Below are positions 17,225-26,978 of a stretch of 64,000 nucleotides of DNA, in pieces. The first letter of the stretch is position 1; each line of letters starts with the position of its first letter. This DNA comes from a virus. Its lineage: Duplodnaviria; Caudoviricetes. The translations under genes and the position numbers were made by a program. The DNA lies in the IMG/VR virus record IMGVR_UViG_2636415863_000002, positions 19,803-83,802 of that record; one strand, given 5' to 3'. The notes under the pieces are model-generated. The model saw only the letters and a list, made by a program, of their open reading frames with translations, did not search any database and was not told where the DNA came from.

Positions 17225-18880
17225 GTGAAGCCTGTGTCTGATGCCGGGGGGTTGGCCGACTGGCATGTACACGTGACAGGGTGGACGCGTGACCTGGGAG
17301 GGGGCGGTGACGCGGTGTTCTATCGCGTGCATGCGGTGGATCTGATCGAATCGTCGTGGGGGATGCACACGCTGAACGACGAGCTCGTGGAGACGGTTCT
17401 CGCGCTGGTGCGGGAGCTGAGCGAGCAAGCGGGCATGGTGGGCGACGACGATGCGGGCGAGGTTTTCGCCAACGTGTACAAGAGCGCAGCCAAGACGACG
17501 GTAAACCAGCTTGGGGAAGCCGCCCATGCCATGGGGCGTGGCAGTGACGCAGTGCTGCAGACGGCCAACAACTACATGGCGGCCGAGAGCGCTGCGACCA
17601 AGGCGATGCTGGAGGCGATGGGGAAGAGCGGAGCAGCCGGCCCTCCGACGGGTCGATCCGGCAACTGCACTTCGGCACCGCGGGGGCGGGGCGAGGAACT
17701 GGAGGAAGTGGTCGGCGAGTCCAGCACGGCTACCAAGTGGCTGTTTGGCGACCGGTTCCGGGGCGATCCCGAGAAGCTGCGCAGTGTTGCCGCCACTTGG
17801 CGTAAAGCCCGAACCATCACCGAACGGGTGCACACCGAGGCGCAGGATTGCTGGCTCCAAGCCAAGCGCAACCACGAAGGCAAAACCGCCGAGGCGATCG
17901 ACAGGTTCTTCACCAAGTTCGTCGGGTGGGAGACCGCTCCGTCGCAGACTGACAGCTCGTGCACGCTGATGGCCAACCTGCCCGCCGCCTGCCAGCAGAT
18001 CACCAACGCCTGCGATCAGTATGCCGACCACATCGAGACCGCACACAAGGCGGCACTGGATGATGCATCCGACCTTTTTGGGGAGTCGAACTGGCAAATG
18101 CCCTGGGAGAAGCCGGCGCTGGGCGGTAACGGTTATGACGGTGGATTGATGAACGCCGTTGTGAGCGATGGTCGGATAACCCAGCTGGCGAGCCTCGCAC
18201 ACAACCTGGACGCCTCCCAGGCCCGTGTTCCAGTGCCCGGCCCGAAACCGGACATCGACGGACCAATGCCGGGCGTCCCGCCCTTCATCCGCGTCCCTGC
18301 CCCGATCCTCGTGCCCGCGGCGTATTTCCCGCCAGACCCATCCGTACCGCGCGGGCAGCCCATCCCTCCACCCAATCCGCCGGACCCGCGCTTCCCGCCG
18401 CTCAGCGCCCAGGAGCGTGCCGCCTTCACGCACTGGGCCGGTGGGCTGCGCGACGGGGGGTTCTCCAACGGACGGGACATCACTGATCCGGACAACGCCT
18501 ACCAGCACCGCATTTGTGGCTATCCGGAGAAGGAACTGCCGATCGATCCGAAGCTCTCGAAGAATGGCACGCAGATCGCTGATGGCGTGCGTGCTTCTGA
18601 TGGCATGGCGGTGGACGCCAAGCACGTCCGGGATCCCGGATGTTCCAAAACCTTCCGTAGCCTCGACAAATTGGAAAAAGCAGACGCTTTCCAGAAGAGG
18701 GTATTGTTCAGCGACGACACGGGTGAGCTGAAGAAGTACAAGTCAGCTATGGAGTACGGGCCGAACAAGGGACAGATCCGCGGCCTGGAAATCGTCACCA
18801 ACGACCAGTCGACCGTGCCGTACTGGGACGCCATGATGGCCGCCCAAGGCGTTAAAGGCTACGCCCGCTACGCACCCTGA
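17225..18880 (+). CDS. Polymorphic toxin: WXG100-like N-terminus plus Tox-REase-2 nuclease domain (start may be GTG 17315)
   Basis: GDPEKLRSVAATW...HEGKTAEA WXG-like segment, Pro-rich linker, AYQ..ICG.PE, ADG...DAKHV, EL.KY...LEIVTND. Confidence 0.75.
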   Translation: MKPVSDAGGLADWHVHVTGWTRDLGGGGDAVFYRVHAVDLIESSWGMHTLNDELVETVLALVRELSEQAGMVGDDDAGEVFANVYKSAAKTTVNQLGEAAHAMGRGSDAVLQTANNYMAAESAATKAMLEAMGKSGAAGPPTGRSGNCTSAPRGRGEELEEVVGESSTATKWLFGDRFRGDPEKLRSVAATWRKARTITERVHTEAQDCWLQAKRNHEGKTAEAIDRFFTKFVGWETAPSQTDSSCTLMANLPAACQQITNACDQYADHIETAHKAALDDASDLFGESNWQMPWEKPALGGNGYDGGLMNAVVSDGRITQLASLAHNLDASQARVPVPGPKPDIDGPMPGVPPFIRVPAPILVPAAYFPPDPSVPRGQPIPPPNPPDPRFPPLSAQERAAFTHWAGGLRDGGFSNGRDITDPDNAYQHRICGYPEKELPIDPKLSKNGTQIADGVRASDGMAVDAKHVRDPGCSKTFRSLDKLEKADAFQKRVLFSDDTGELKKYKSAMEYGPNKGQIRGLEIVTNDQSTVPYWDAMMAAQGVKGYARYAP

Positions 18881-18892
18881 TAAGGAGCTCTT

Positions 18893-19342
18893 GTGCCAGA
18901 CACAGCCGCGCACGACTACCGGACGCTGTTCATGTTCGGCGCCCCTAACGCCAACCCGCGCAGTTGGGGCCTGTCACTCGACACGTTTGCCGACACCCTG
19001 CGGAGCCAAGATCCCGACGTTTTTCTGAACCGGGACAGCAGTGAGATCACTGGCGATGCGCTGACCTTCGGCTTCGGAGAGGACCTCGAAGGCTTCGCAC
19101 AGGCCGACCCTGACGGGACAGCTCTGCAGGACTGCACGGCCGAAGAGGCAGCCGAGTTCGCCCTCTGGCTGCGCCAGTACATCGTCCCTGAGACGGCAGA
19201 GATCGAGTTCAACATCCGACCGGCCGCTGAAATCGACCTGCCCAACCGCCTCCTGCCCCGGGGGGATGCGGCGACAGTGAAGCAGGCCCTGCTGGCATAC
19301 GTCGAAGACGTCCTTGCAGCGCAGGAGCGCGGGGACATGTGA
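18893..19342 (+). CDS. Putative cognate immunity protein
   Basis: Acidic 149 aa ORF 12 bp downstream of the toxin with AAGGAG RBS. Confidence 0.6.
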   Translation: MPDTAAHDYRTLFMFGAPNANPRSWGLSLDTFADTLRSQDPDVFLNRDSSEITGDALTFGFGEDLEGFAQADPDGTALQDCTAEEAAEFALWLRQYIVPETAEIEFNIRPAAEIDLPNRLLPRGDAATVKQALLAYVEDVLAAQERGDM

Positions 19343-19471
19343 GCCGTCGTGCGACCGAGAAGACGGCGCGTGGGACTGAGGGGCTGTGCTGCTCCCACGG
19401 GGCTACGGCCGTTGGAGGGGTTCTGCCCGAATTCACCCCCAACTGTGCTGTGTCCGGGGCATGATGCTGCT

Positions 19472-19654
19472 ATGGAGACGGTGTACACGGTCCTCGCGGA
19501 TTCGCGAGACACGGCGCACGAGAGAATCACCCGCCTCTGCCAACTCCTTGACCTGGCTCCGTTGGGCGGGCCGTCTGTGGTTCTCGGCCGCGGCCGTTGG
19601 CTGGCCCGCGCTGTCGAATCGAAGCGCCCCGCGGAGGGCGAGACGTCGTCCTGA
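19472..19654 (+). CDS. Hypothetical protein
   Basis: ATG at 19472; plausible codon usage. Confidence 0.45.
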   Translation: METVYTVLADSRDTAHERITRLCQLLDLAPLGGPSVVLGRGRWLARAVESKRPAEGETSS

Positions 19655-19712
19655 ACCTGGGCCGGGGGAATGCACGTCGGACAGGCGACAGTTTTCGTGC
19701 CACGGTCACAGC

Positions 19713-19907
19713 ATGACGAAGCAACTACCCCGGGAATGCACGCAATCCGAGTACCGCCGAATCCCGTTCCGCCGTTGCCCCGAGTGCGGGCATCGCTACC
19801 AGCCATCCTGGACGCCCGCCCCACCGGAATTCGAATCCGAGGCTGATCCGATCGGCGCTCTCGGCTGGGTCTGTCCTCGCGAGCTCTGCGGCCACATCCC
19901 CGAGTAG
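19713..19907 (+). CDS. Small Zn-ribbon protein
   Basis: CPECGH...CPRELCGH; followed by a hairpin. Confidence 0.45.
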   Translation: MTKQLPRECTQSEYRRIPFRRCPECGHRYQPSWTPAPPEFESEADPIGALGWVCPRELCGHIPE

Positions 19908-19983
19908 CCCGGACATAGAAGGGCCCCGCCGCGACGGGGGACGCGGCGGGGTCAAGTTCAGTTTGACAGACGGTCGGCGACTT

Positions 19984-20172
19984 TCAGGACCAAACAGTCG
20001 CGATCAGGAGCCGTTCGTAGTCGGCAGCGGTGACACCAAGGCTGGCGGCGACTTCCATCGCGGTGTTGGCGGCGCGCACTTCCGCGTACTTTGTCCCACC
20101 GTTGTCCAGTTGCTTGAAGACCTTGTCGAGGGCCTTGGCTGCGCTGTCGGCGGCGGATTCCTTGAGGCTCAT
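19984..20172 (-). CDS. Hypothetical protein
   Basis: AAAGGAA RBS, ATG at 20172. Confidence 0.5.
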   Translation of the reverse strand: MSLKESAADSAAKALDKVFKQLDNGGTKYAEVRAANTAMEVAASLGVTAADYERLLIATVWS

Positions 20173-20227
20173 CGGTGTTCCTTTCACAGTTCGCTGGTTG
20201 TTGACGGGGACATCGCCAGCTTGCTTG

Positions 20228-20545
20228 TCAGCGCCATTCCCAGGGCTGTCGGGCGTTGGCAGCGGCTTGTGCGGCGTTGGCGAGTTCGCGGGCGAGGTCG
20301 CCGAAATCGGGTGGCATTCGGCGGTGACTGGCGGCCTTGTGCAGGAGGCTCGCGATACGGCCAGCATCTGCGGCGGGAACGGAGAAGTACGCGTCGCCGT
20401 AGCGGTGGTTGAGCACTGGCGCCAGAGTCCGCCAGTCGCGGGCGGGCAATACGTCCGCGACTGCTTGGGCGAGGTTGGAGATGGTGGTGTACGAGCGGCA
20501 GATTTCGTTGTTCCGGTCGGTTCCGTGGAAGATGTTCCAGCCCAT
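20228..20545 (-). CDS. Hypothetical protein of actinomycete mobile elements
   Basis: AAAGGAA RBS; ends QPWEWR. Confidence 0.6.
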   Translation of the reverse strand: MGWNIFHGTDRNNEICRSYTTISNLAQAVADVLPARDWRTLAPVLNHRYGDAYFSVPAADAGRIASLLHKAASHRRMPPDFGDLARELANAAQAAANARQPWEWR

Positions 20546-20614
20546 TCAGGGTTCCTTTCGATGTGGAGGTGATGCGGGGCCCGGTACTGGTCGCTGGGCC
20601 CCGCCGAGAGACGG

Positions 20615-20848
20615 TCAGACCATGAGCCGGTATTCGTCGACCATGTCGCTGGTGTTTGCGAGGTACTTGACGGCCTGGTTCAGGAGGGTTCGACGCTTGG
20701 CGCCGGTGGAGCCGATGGCGCCGGACAGGTACGTCGCGGCGGTCTCCAGATCCTCCGCCCCGTTAATCCGGGCGTAGGTGCCGAAGTTGAGCGCTGCCGT
20801 CCCGAGCTGATTGATGAATTCCTCGGGAGTCTCGGGAGCGATGGTCAC
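20615..20848 (-). CDS. Hypothetical protein
   Basis: AAGGAG RBS. Confidence 0.55.
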   Translation of the reverse strand: MTIAPETPEEFINQLGTAALNFGTYARINGAEDLETAATYLSGAIGSTGAKRRTLLNQAVKYLANTSDMVDEYRLMV

Positions 20849-20893
20849 GGGCTTCTCCTTGATGGTCGGAGGGGTTTGACGGGTGGGTTGGAG

Positions 20894-21136
20894 TCAGTCG
20901 AGCTGGACGCCGTCGGGGATTTCGCCGGCGTGGAGGGCAGCGGCGATCACCCGGAAGTCGCGGGCATTGCGGCGGTGAAGGGGGACGGCGCGGGAGGCCA
21001 CCTGCCGTTCGGCGTCGCCGAGCTGCGGGTTCTTGGCGGCCTGTTCGCCGTCGCGGGCGGCTTCGTCGTAGCGCTTCGCTTCGGCTTCGAAGCGGTCAGC
21101 CTCCTGGTTCAGGCGGGCCCGGGAGTAGCGGGACAT
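20894..21136 (-). CDS. Hypothetical helical protein
   Basis: AAGGAG RBS. Confidence 0.55.
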   Translation of the reverse strand: MSRYSRARLNQEADRFEAEAKRYDEAARDGEQAAKNPQLGDAERQVASRAVPLHRRNARDFRVIAAALHAGEIPDGVQLD

Positions 21137-21154
21137 TCGGTCTCCTTCTGTGGG

Positions 21155-21379
21155 TTAGGCGGCTGACCGCTTCGGCGTCAGGTACTGGGCGGGGATCTGA
21201 TAGCCGGCGGGCGGCTCATAGTCGTCGGGTACGTCGCCGGGGCGCGGCCGACCGAGGCAGGCGAGGCTGCGCTTGCGCCAGTAGCTGGTCGGGTAGGCGA
21301 GGATCTGGAAAGCGCGGGCGAGACGGGCAGGGTCGGGCAGAGTCGCGGTGGGCTTATGGGCACGGTTTCGGCGGAGCAT
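21155..21379 (-). CDS. Hypothetical protein
   Basis: Operon position, AAGGGA RBS. Confidence 0.45.
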   Translation of the reverse strand: MLRRNRAHKPTATLPDPARLARAFQILAYPTSYWRKRSLACLGRPRPGDVPDDYEPPAGYQIPAQYLTPKRSAA

Positions 21380-21394
21380 GCGTTTCCCTTTCGG

Positions 21395-21976
21395 TTAGCG
21401 CCCTGCGTTGAGGGCGCGGTGGTGAGCGGCGGTGAGGAGTTCGACGGCTTGGTCGGGAGTGCGGCAGACGTTCTGGTTCCAGTCGCCGATGAGGGCGTTC
21501 CAGTGCCGCCCCCGCAGCTCGGTGAGGACGTAGCCGGCGGCCTGGTGGGCGGAGTCGACGGAGCCGACGCCGAGGGCTACGGCGGAGCAGATGGCGCCGC
21601 AGATGCAGCGGCGGCCTCGCCCGTCGCGGAGTTTGTGGGGCCGGTTCTGCCAGCCCCAGCGGCGCAGCACCTCGGCGGCGACGGCCAGTTGCGTGCTGGG
21701 CTTGTGGGAGAGGTCGGCCCGGGTGCGGTGTGCCCAGTCGGGCAGGGCGCGGGAGATGCGGCCGGGCAGCCGGACGTCGACGGCGGGCCGGGTGCCGTGC
21801 TCGGGCAGCGCGCGGAGGGCCTCGTCGACGAGCTCGGCGGTGGTCTTGGCCACGAGGCTGCGGGAGTAGCTGGCGGCGATGCTCGCCCACGCTGCCCGCT
21901 CGGGCTCGCTCAGGGTCGGGGCGATGCGCGCGGCGGCCTGATCGAGGGCGGCGGCGGTCAACGTGGACGTGGGCAT
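21395..21976 (-). CDS. DUF6197-like hypothetical protein
   Basis: L.RWGW.N...G.RCICGAI...IGDWN...RT.DQ..ELL motif. Confidence 0.55.
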   Translation of the reverse strand: MPTSTLTAAALDQAAARIAPTLSEPERAAWASIAASYSRSLVAKTTAELVDEALRALPEHGTRPAVDVRLPGRISRALPDWAHRTRADLSHKPSTQLAVAAEVLRRWGWQNRPHKLRDGRGRRCICGAICSAVALGVGSVDSAHQAAGYVLTELRGRHWNALIGDWNQNVCRTPDQAVELLTAAHHRALNAGR

Positions 21977-22055
21977 GGCGAGGTAGAGCTCCTTACTTGG
22001 TAGGTGAAATGCGGCTTATGCGGGGCGAACGGTGCCCAATATCTCCCGCTATGCA

Positions 22056-22173
22056 CCCCGGACGGGGCCCGGACAGGGGGTGGACGCGACCCGGGTCACG
22101 TCCGGGTGCCGTCCGCCCCCTGTCCGCCCTCTGACCGGGGGATATACCGGGGCAAACAGATCACTGTCCGGGG
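22056..22173. repeat. Candidate clt (cis-acting locus of transfer): 11-bp-phased GGAC/GTCC repeats in a dyad
   Basis: GGAC at 22060/22071/22082, GTCC at 22100/22111/22122/22166, central GACCCGGGTC palindrome; directly 3' of traB. Confidence 0.6.
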
Positions 22174-22176
22174 TGG

Positions 22177-24333
22177 TCAGGCCCCGTTGAAGAAGTCCAG
22201 CGCGTCAGCGATCTCGGCCCGCTGGTAGCCGTTGACGCGTCCGGTCTTGTGCGGCACGGTGATCTTCACGGTGCCGCCGGCCCCGGCTGCCCGCAGCAGC
22301 TCCCCCAGACGGTCAGCGGTCATGCCCCCGCCGATGATCTCGGCCATCTCCTCCAGCTGTGCGACATCACGGCCCAGGTCGTTCATCGCGGCGAGCGCGC
22401 CACGCAGCGCCTCCACCTGCCGCACCTGCGCAGCCGACAGATGCATGACCTCCCGCCCCGGCACACCGTCCCGCTTCGGCCCGCCGGCCGCCGACGACAG
22501 GCCGGTCGTGTTGAAGAGGTGCCTCTCGATCGCGTCATCCCACTGCCCGGCGAGACGCCCCGCCTGCTCGCGGATCTTCGCGGCCCGCTCCAGCAGCATG
22601 GTGATCTCGCCCCGCTCGTCCTCATCCAGGTCGAAGCTACGGGCCTTGTCGGTGACCCCGGCGAACGGGTTCACCAGCCAGCCCAGACCTGGCCGCGGCG
22701 GATCAAACTTGGAGGCGTCACGGCCCGCACCGGATGACCCCTTGCCGAGGATGGCGTTGGACTGGTCCGCGTTGTCCACACGCATCGCCCACTTGGTACC
22801 GCAGTTCATCGCGAGAGCCTGCGGGATCACATCGACCTCGGGGTACTGCGTGATCAGCACCATGAGGATGCCCGCTCCCGCAGCAACAGCAGACAGCCCG
22901 ATCAGAGCTTCCAGGATCTCTTCACGCAACGGCTTGCCCGGCCGCGTGTACGTGGCCAGCTCATCGATGACCAGCAGCTCCAGCCCGCCGATCTGCTCGA
23001 TAGCAGACGCCACAAGCTTGGACTTGCCGAGCCTGCCCAACTCCGCCTCACGCCGGTCCTTGTCCGCCAGCAGCCCCTTCAGCAGGGCGAGGAGCCGCTC
23101 GGGGCTGGGCTTGAAGTACGTAGAGGCGACCCCGGTCTTGGCGTATGCGTCCCACTCGCCGTTGTTCTTCCCAGCCACGATCCGCAGGTTGACCCGAGGG
23201 TCAAAGGCGGCGCCCACGATCAGGTTGGAAGCACCGACGCCCTTGCCCGAGCGGGTCATGCCCGCGATGACGAACGAGCTGTTATTGATGACGAGAGAGA
23301 CGATGGCGCCGCGCTTGTTCCAGGCGACGGGCACACCGTGCGTCCAGGCGTCGATGCCGCCTCGCATGGCCAGAAGGGGGGACGGGCGGGGCGCGGCGAA
23401 AGGGTTGGCGTCGGTCATCCACAGGGAGACGCGGCGTTCGGTGCCAGCCTTGGCGATGTCGACCATCGAGCTGTCGCGGCCGAGCGCCCCGGCGAGCGCG
23501 TCCAGTTGCTTCTGCAGCATGGCGACGGTGACGCGGGCGGGCAGGTCGAACACAGCGGTGGTGTTGCCGTCCGTACCGCGCTCCGGCGCGGCGAGGACCG
23601 TGATCTGCTCGCGTCCCTTGACGATGCCGATCTCGCGCAGCGCCGTGTCCAGCTCCTCCACGGTCAGCGCCGGCGGCGGCGGGGCGTCGAAGGCTCGCTC
23701 GACGGCAGCCGACACGGGGACCGCCCCGTCCTGAGGCACAGCTTCGATCTCCTGCTGGTTCGGCTCCTCGACATCATCCACCGGTTCGGGTCGGCCGTGC
23801 CAGACACCGAGAGCCATCGCGCCGAGCCCCATGAGGAGGTCGACGACGGGGCCGCCCGTGACGGCGCCAACGGTGGCGCCGGTCGCAGCGGCGGCGGTCC
23901 AACCGCTGGTCTTCGCGAGCATGATCCGCTTATGGCGCTTGTAGGCGGCACGCCGCTCAGTCACGAGTTCCCGCATCTCGGTCTCGCGATCCAGGTTCCC
24001 CTTGGAAGCGCGGAGAGCCTGACGCGCGGTCTCGATCATCTGCGGGTAATCGTCGCGCCGAGCTTCCATCCAGCGACGACCGAGTTGCTGGTAGCCGCGG
24101 ACGGACCAGCCGACGTACAGACGGTTTTCGACCGCGTGCCGCATCGCACGGTTGGACTGAATCCAGGTAGGCCGGACGGGCTCACCCTGATGCTCGACGA
24201 CCGCTCCTTCTACAGGCTGCGGCTGGTCCTTGACGAGGCTCAGATTCGGCCGGCGGATAGCCGGTTCGGTGCGCATGAATTCCGGGACGTCGAGGTCGGT
24301 CTGGGAGTCCGCGGAGGGGGTGTGAATAGCCAT
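22177..24333 (-). CDS. traB: TraB-like FtsK/SpoIIIE conjugative DNA translocase
   Basis: N-terminal TM pair, Walker A GMTRSGKG, Walker B LLVIDEL, ITQYP, C-terminal wHTH-like region (L.ELL...G...NGY.R). Confidence 0.8.
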   Translation of the reverse strand: MAIHTPSADSQTDLDVPEFMRTEPAIRRPNLSLVKDQPQPVEGAVVEHQGEPVRPTWIQSNRAMRHAVENRLYVGWSVRGYQQLGRRWMEARRDDYPQMIETARQALRASKGNLDRETEMRELVTERRAAYKRHKRIMLAKTSGWTAAAATGATVGAVTGGPVVDLLMGLGAMALGVWHGRPEPVDDVEEPNQQEIEAVPQDGAVPVSAAVERAFDAPPPPALTVEELDTALREIGIVKGREQITVLAAPERGTDGNTTAVFDLPARVTVAMLQKQLDALAGALGRDSSMVDIAKAGTERRVSLWMTDANPFAAPRPSPLLAMRGGIDAWTHGVPVAWNKRGAIVSLVINNSSFVIAGMTRSGKGVGASNLIVGAAFDPRVNLRIVAGKNNGEWDAYAKTGVASTYFKPSPERLLALLKGLLADKDRREAELGRLGKSKLVASAIEQIGGLELLVIDELATYTRPGKPLREEILEALIGLSAVAAGAGILMVLITQYPEVDVIPQALAMNCGTKWAMRVDNADQSNAILGKGSSGAGRDASKFDPPRPGLGWLVNPFAGVTDKARSFDLDEDERGEITMLLERAAKIREQAGRLAGQWDDAIERHLFNTTGLSSAAGGPKRDGVPGREVMHLSAAQVRQVEALRGALAAMNDLGRDVAQLEEMAEIIGGGMTADRLGELLRAAGAGGTVKITVPHKTGRVNGYQRAEIADALDFFNGA

Positions 24334-24344
24334 TAGTGGGCTCC

Positions 24345-25640
24345 TCAGATGGTCTTGTTAGCTGACTGCGTGTCGGCCTGTTCGCGGGCCGCCTGCTTCT
24401 TTGCGGCATCGCAGTACGGTTGCGTGTCACCGGCCCGCCTGAGGGGCGGCACGCCCCCGTTGTGACGCCGACCGTCGGGGGTCCCCGGGGCCTTCTTCGC
24501 GCCGGGCGCCTTTTGGGATCCCACCTGCGACGAGTCGCCCAGTACCGGCATCTCCGAGATGGTCTTCATACGGGCCTGCGCGGCCCTGCTCTGGGCCTCC
24601 AATTCGGGCCGCACGCCGACCACCTTGGAGCCGGTGACGCGGTACCAGGCGTCCGCCCAAATCTGTTCGGTGACCGTGGCCGAACCCCGCGCGGAGCGCA
24701 GCGCCTCGGCGACCTCCCACACGTCGGGGTGTTGCTCCTGGCGGTCCTTGTCCTTACGCGCTTGCTCTTCGTCAGCGCGCTTCTGCTGCTCGGCCTTCTG
24801 TTCGGCGGCTCGCATTTCAGCGGCGGCCTTTTCTGCCTTGACCTTCTCGCGCTCCTCTGTCTCCTTCTTCGCCTGGCGCTCGGCTGCACGCTTCTCCCGC
24901 CAGGACGGAATGCCGTCGGCTTTCTGTGCGATGCCGTGCTCGTAGGCCATCAGCACGATCGGGCCAACAAGGGACGCGATGGCGCCGACCAGGCCGGCGT
25001 TAAAGCCGATCGCTTCGTTCGTCATGCCGCCGCGCATGTTGATCGTGGCCGCGATTGCGGCGCCAAGCATGATGCCGACCCGGTATGGGGCGACGTCCCG
25101 CCGGTGGGCCACTGCCCACGCAGCCCCGCACGCCAGGACCAGGGCGATGCCCTCCAGCATGGCGGGCGCGGCGACCAGAAAGGGGCGGCGCTCGTCCCAG
25201 AAATCGAGGAACTGCACCGGGGCGGCGATGATGAGGCAGACGGCGTAGATGCCGCGGGCGCCCCACTTCCAGTACCGCTCGGAGCGCTCTTGCTCGGCCA
25301 GCTGCTGCGCCTCGCGCTCGGCCTCCTCCTCTTCGGCCTTCTTCGCCTTCGCCTCTTCGGCGTTGGACTTCGCCGTGTCGGCGGCCTTCTTCGCGAGGTA
25401 CGCCTTGTAGTCGGCCTTCTCCTTGCCCAGCCGCATCGCGGCGCGCTCGTTGGCGATGCGCAGCTTCTCGGCTTCCTCCTTCGCCGTGATCTTCTCGGCG
25501 TCTGCCTTGCCCTCGGCTTCGATCCGGCGGGCTTCCGCCTCGGACTCGGCACGGCTACGGATCGCCTCCGCCTCGGCCAGGGCAATCGGGTCGAACCGCG
25601 TGTCAGCAGCGGTGGCCTTGTCTTCGATGACGGTCGTCAT
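24345..25640 (-). CDS. SpdB/DUF2637-like spread membrane protein with coiled coils
   Basis: Four central TM helices flanked by charged coiled coils; directly upstream of traB. Confidence 0.6.
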   Translation of the reverse strand: MTTVIEDKATAADTRFDPIALAEAEAIRSRAESEAEARRIEAEGKADAEKITAKEEAEKLRIANERAAMRLGKEKADYKAYLAKKAADTAKSNAEEAKAKKAEEEEAEREAQQLAEQERSERYWKWGARGIYAVCLIIAAPVQFLDFWDERRPFLVAAPAMLEGIALVLACGAAWAVAHRRDVAPYRVGIMLGAAIAATINMRGGMTNEAIGFNAGLVGAIASLVGPIVLMAYEHGIAQKADGIPSWREKRAAERQAKKETEEREKVKAEKAAAEMRAAEQKAEQQKRADEEQARKDKDRQEQHPDVWEVAEALRSARGSATVTEQIWADAWYRVTGSKVVGVRPELEAQSRAAQARMKTISEMPVLGDSSQVGSQKAPGAKKAPGTPDGRRHNGGVPPLRRAGDTQPYCDAAKKQAAREQADTQSANKTI

Positions 25641-25675
25641 CGGGCTTCTCCTTCCTTACTGGTGGGGCGGGGCGG

Positions 25676-25894
25676 TTAGGCGGCGGTTCGGTAGTCGTCG
25701 TGGGCGGCGGCGGAGGCGGGCTTGCGGATGCGCTGCTCCTCGACCGCGCCGTCCCCTGCGATGCCGGCCAGGACAAGGACGGCGATCACGATGCGGATTC
25801 CGGGCGGTACGGACAGGCCCATGAACCAGGCCAGCCCCGCGATCAGTAAGGCGACCCGGGCTCGGGTCAGGCCGATCAAAAGTCCGTGACGCAT
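25676..25894 (-). CDS. Small two-TM Spd-like protein (contains a TTA codon)
   Basis: Hydrophobic; AAAGGA RBS; in-frame TTA at 25847-25849. Confidence 0.55.
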   Translation of the reverse strand: MRHGLLIGLTRARVALLIAGLAWFMGLSVPPGIRIVIAVLVLAGIAGDGAVEEQRIRKPASAAAHDDYRTAA

Positions 25895-25987
25895 GACGGT
25901 GTCCTTTGACAGGGGTGAGGGTGGGTGCTGCGTCGGATCTCCTCACCGCCGGTACGAGACCGGCGGATCGGGCTACCGACGAGCGGG

Positions 25988-26191
25988 TTAGCGGGCGGGG
26001 CTGAGCTCTTCGGCGTAGAACCCGCGGTGGCCCCTGACCGCCTCGGCGACTCGACCGTCGATGCCCTTCACAGTCATCAGGCCGCCGGACTTCGAGCCGT
26101 CGTCGACGACAACGCCGGTCTTGCCCTTCGCTGTGCGGTTTTCGCGGCTGGGGTTGGTGACGGTGACGCGGTCTCCCTTGCGGAAGCGCAT
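25988..26191 (-). CDS. Small SH3/KOW-like protein
   Basis: MRFRKGDRVTV...G.TGVVV...F...ELSPA. Confidence 0.55.
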   Translation of the reverse strand: MRFRKGDRVTVTNPSRENRTAKGKTGVVVDDGSKSGGLMTVKGIDGRVAEAVRGHRGFYAEELSPAR

Positions 26192-26286
26192 TTGGTGTCC
26201 TCTCGGTAGGCGGCCGGCTGGTCCGGCTCCCCGCGGTCCCGGCGCCAGCTGCGGTTCTGGCGTTGCTCCGGGGCCACAGGCAGCCG

Positions 26287-26619
26287 TTAGCGGCGGGCGA
26301 GACGCTTCTTCCGGCTGGCTTCTCGTATGGCAAGGACATCCGCCGGTGTGACGAGTACCTCGTCGTCCTGCTCGAACATGGCCCTGACGTGGGTGGGCTT
26401 GGTGTCGTACATCGGGCCGTAGCGCAGGCACACGCCCTGAGCCGAGTTCGCGCCGGACATCCACGAGCCGGTGATCGGCGAACGCTTATCGAAGACGTGC
26501 GAATCCCAGACCGGCTCTTCGCCCCACGGATTCACCGTGGTGTGGATCGTGTAGTAGGTCTTGCCGGGCACTACCTGCCGGCCGAACTTCTTGTAGTCGC
26601 CGGGCTCCCAAACAGTCAT
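26287..26619 (-). CDS. Hypothetical protein
   Basis: GAGGAG RBS; good codon usage. Confidence 0.6.
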   Translation of the reverse strand: MTVWEPGDYKKFGRQVVPGKTYYTIHTTVNPWGEEPVWDSHVFDKRSPITGSWMSGANSAQGVCLRYGPMYDTKPTHVRAMFEQDDEVLVTPADVLAIREASRKKRLARR

Positions 26620-26724
26620 GTCTGTCTCCTCAACTCGATGCGTGGATGGGTGGGGTTCACGTCTGGTCCGGCTGGCCGGCTCCCCGTCCCGCTCGGTGGT
26701 AGCCCGAGCGGGACAGGCATCCGG

Positions 26725-26886
26725 TCAGTCCTTCTTGGACTCCGAGCGGCCGGCGAGCTTGGCCTCGCGGGCTTTGGCCTCGTCCTCGGTTGTGAAGTGG
26801 ACCCAGGGGGTGTCTCCCTCGACCTGGTAGCGCGGCCGCGGAACGCCGTAGATCTCGCTGGGGACGTAGCTCTTGCGGATGGCCAT
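26725..26886 (-). CDS. Small hypothetical protein
   Basis: MAIRKSYVPSEIYG...; AAGGGA RBS; below the ORF-track length cutoff. Confidence 0.45.
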   Translation of the reverse strand: MAIRKSYVPSEIYGVPRPRYQVEGDTPWVHFTTEDEAKAREAKLAGRSESKKD

Positions 26887-26978
26887 GGGGTTCCCTTCGT
26901 CGGTGTGGTGTCGGTGTCGGTGCGTGCCCCTGCCTGCACTTGCGGCATACGTCCGGGAGACCGGGCAGGGGCTGGGGG

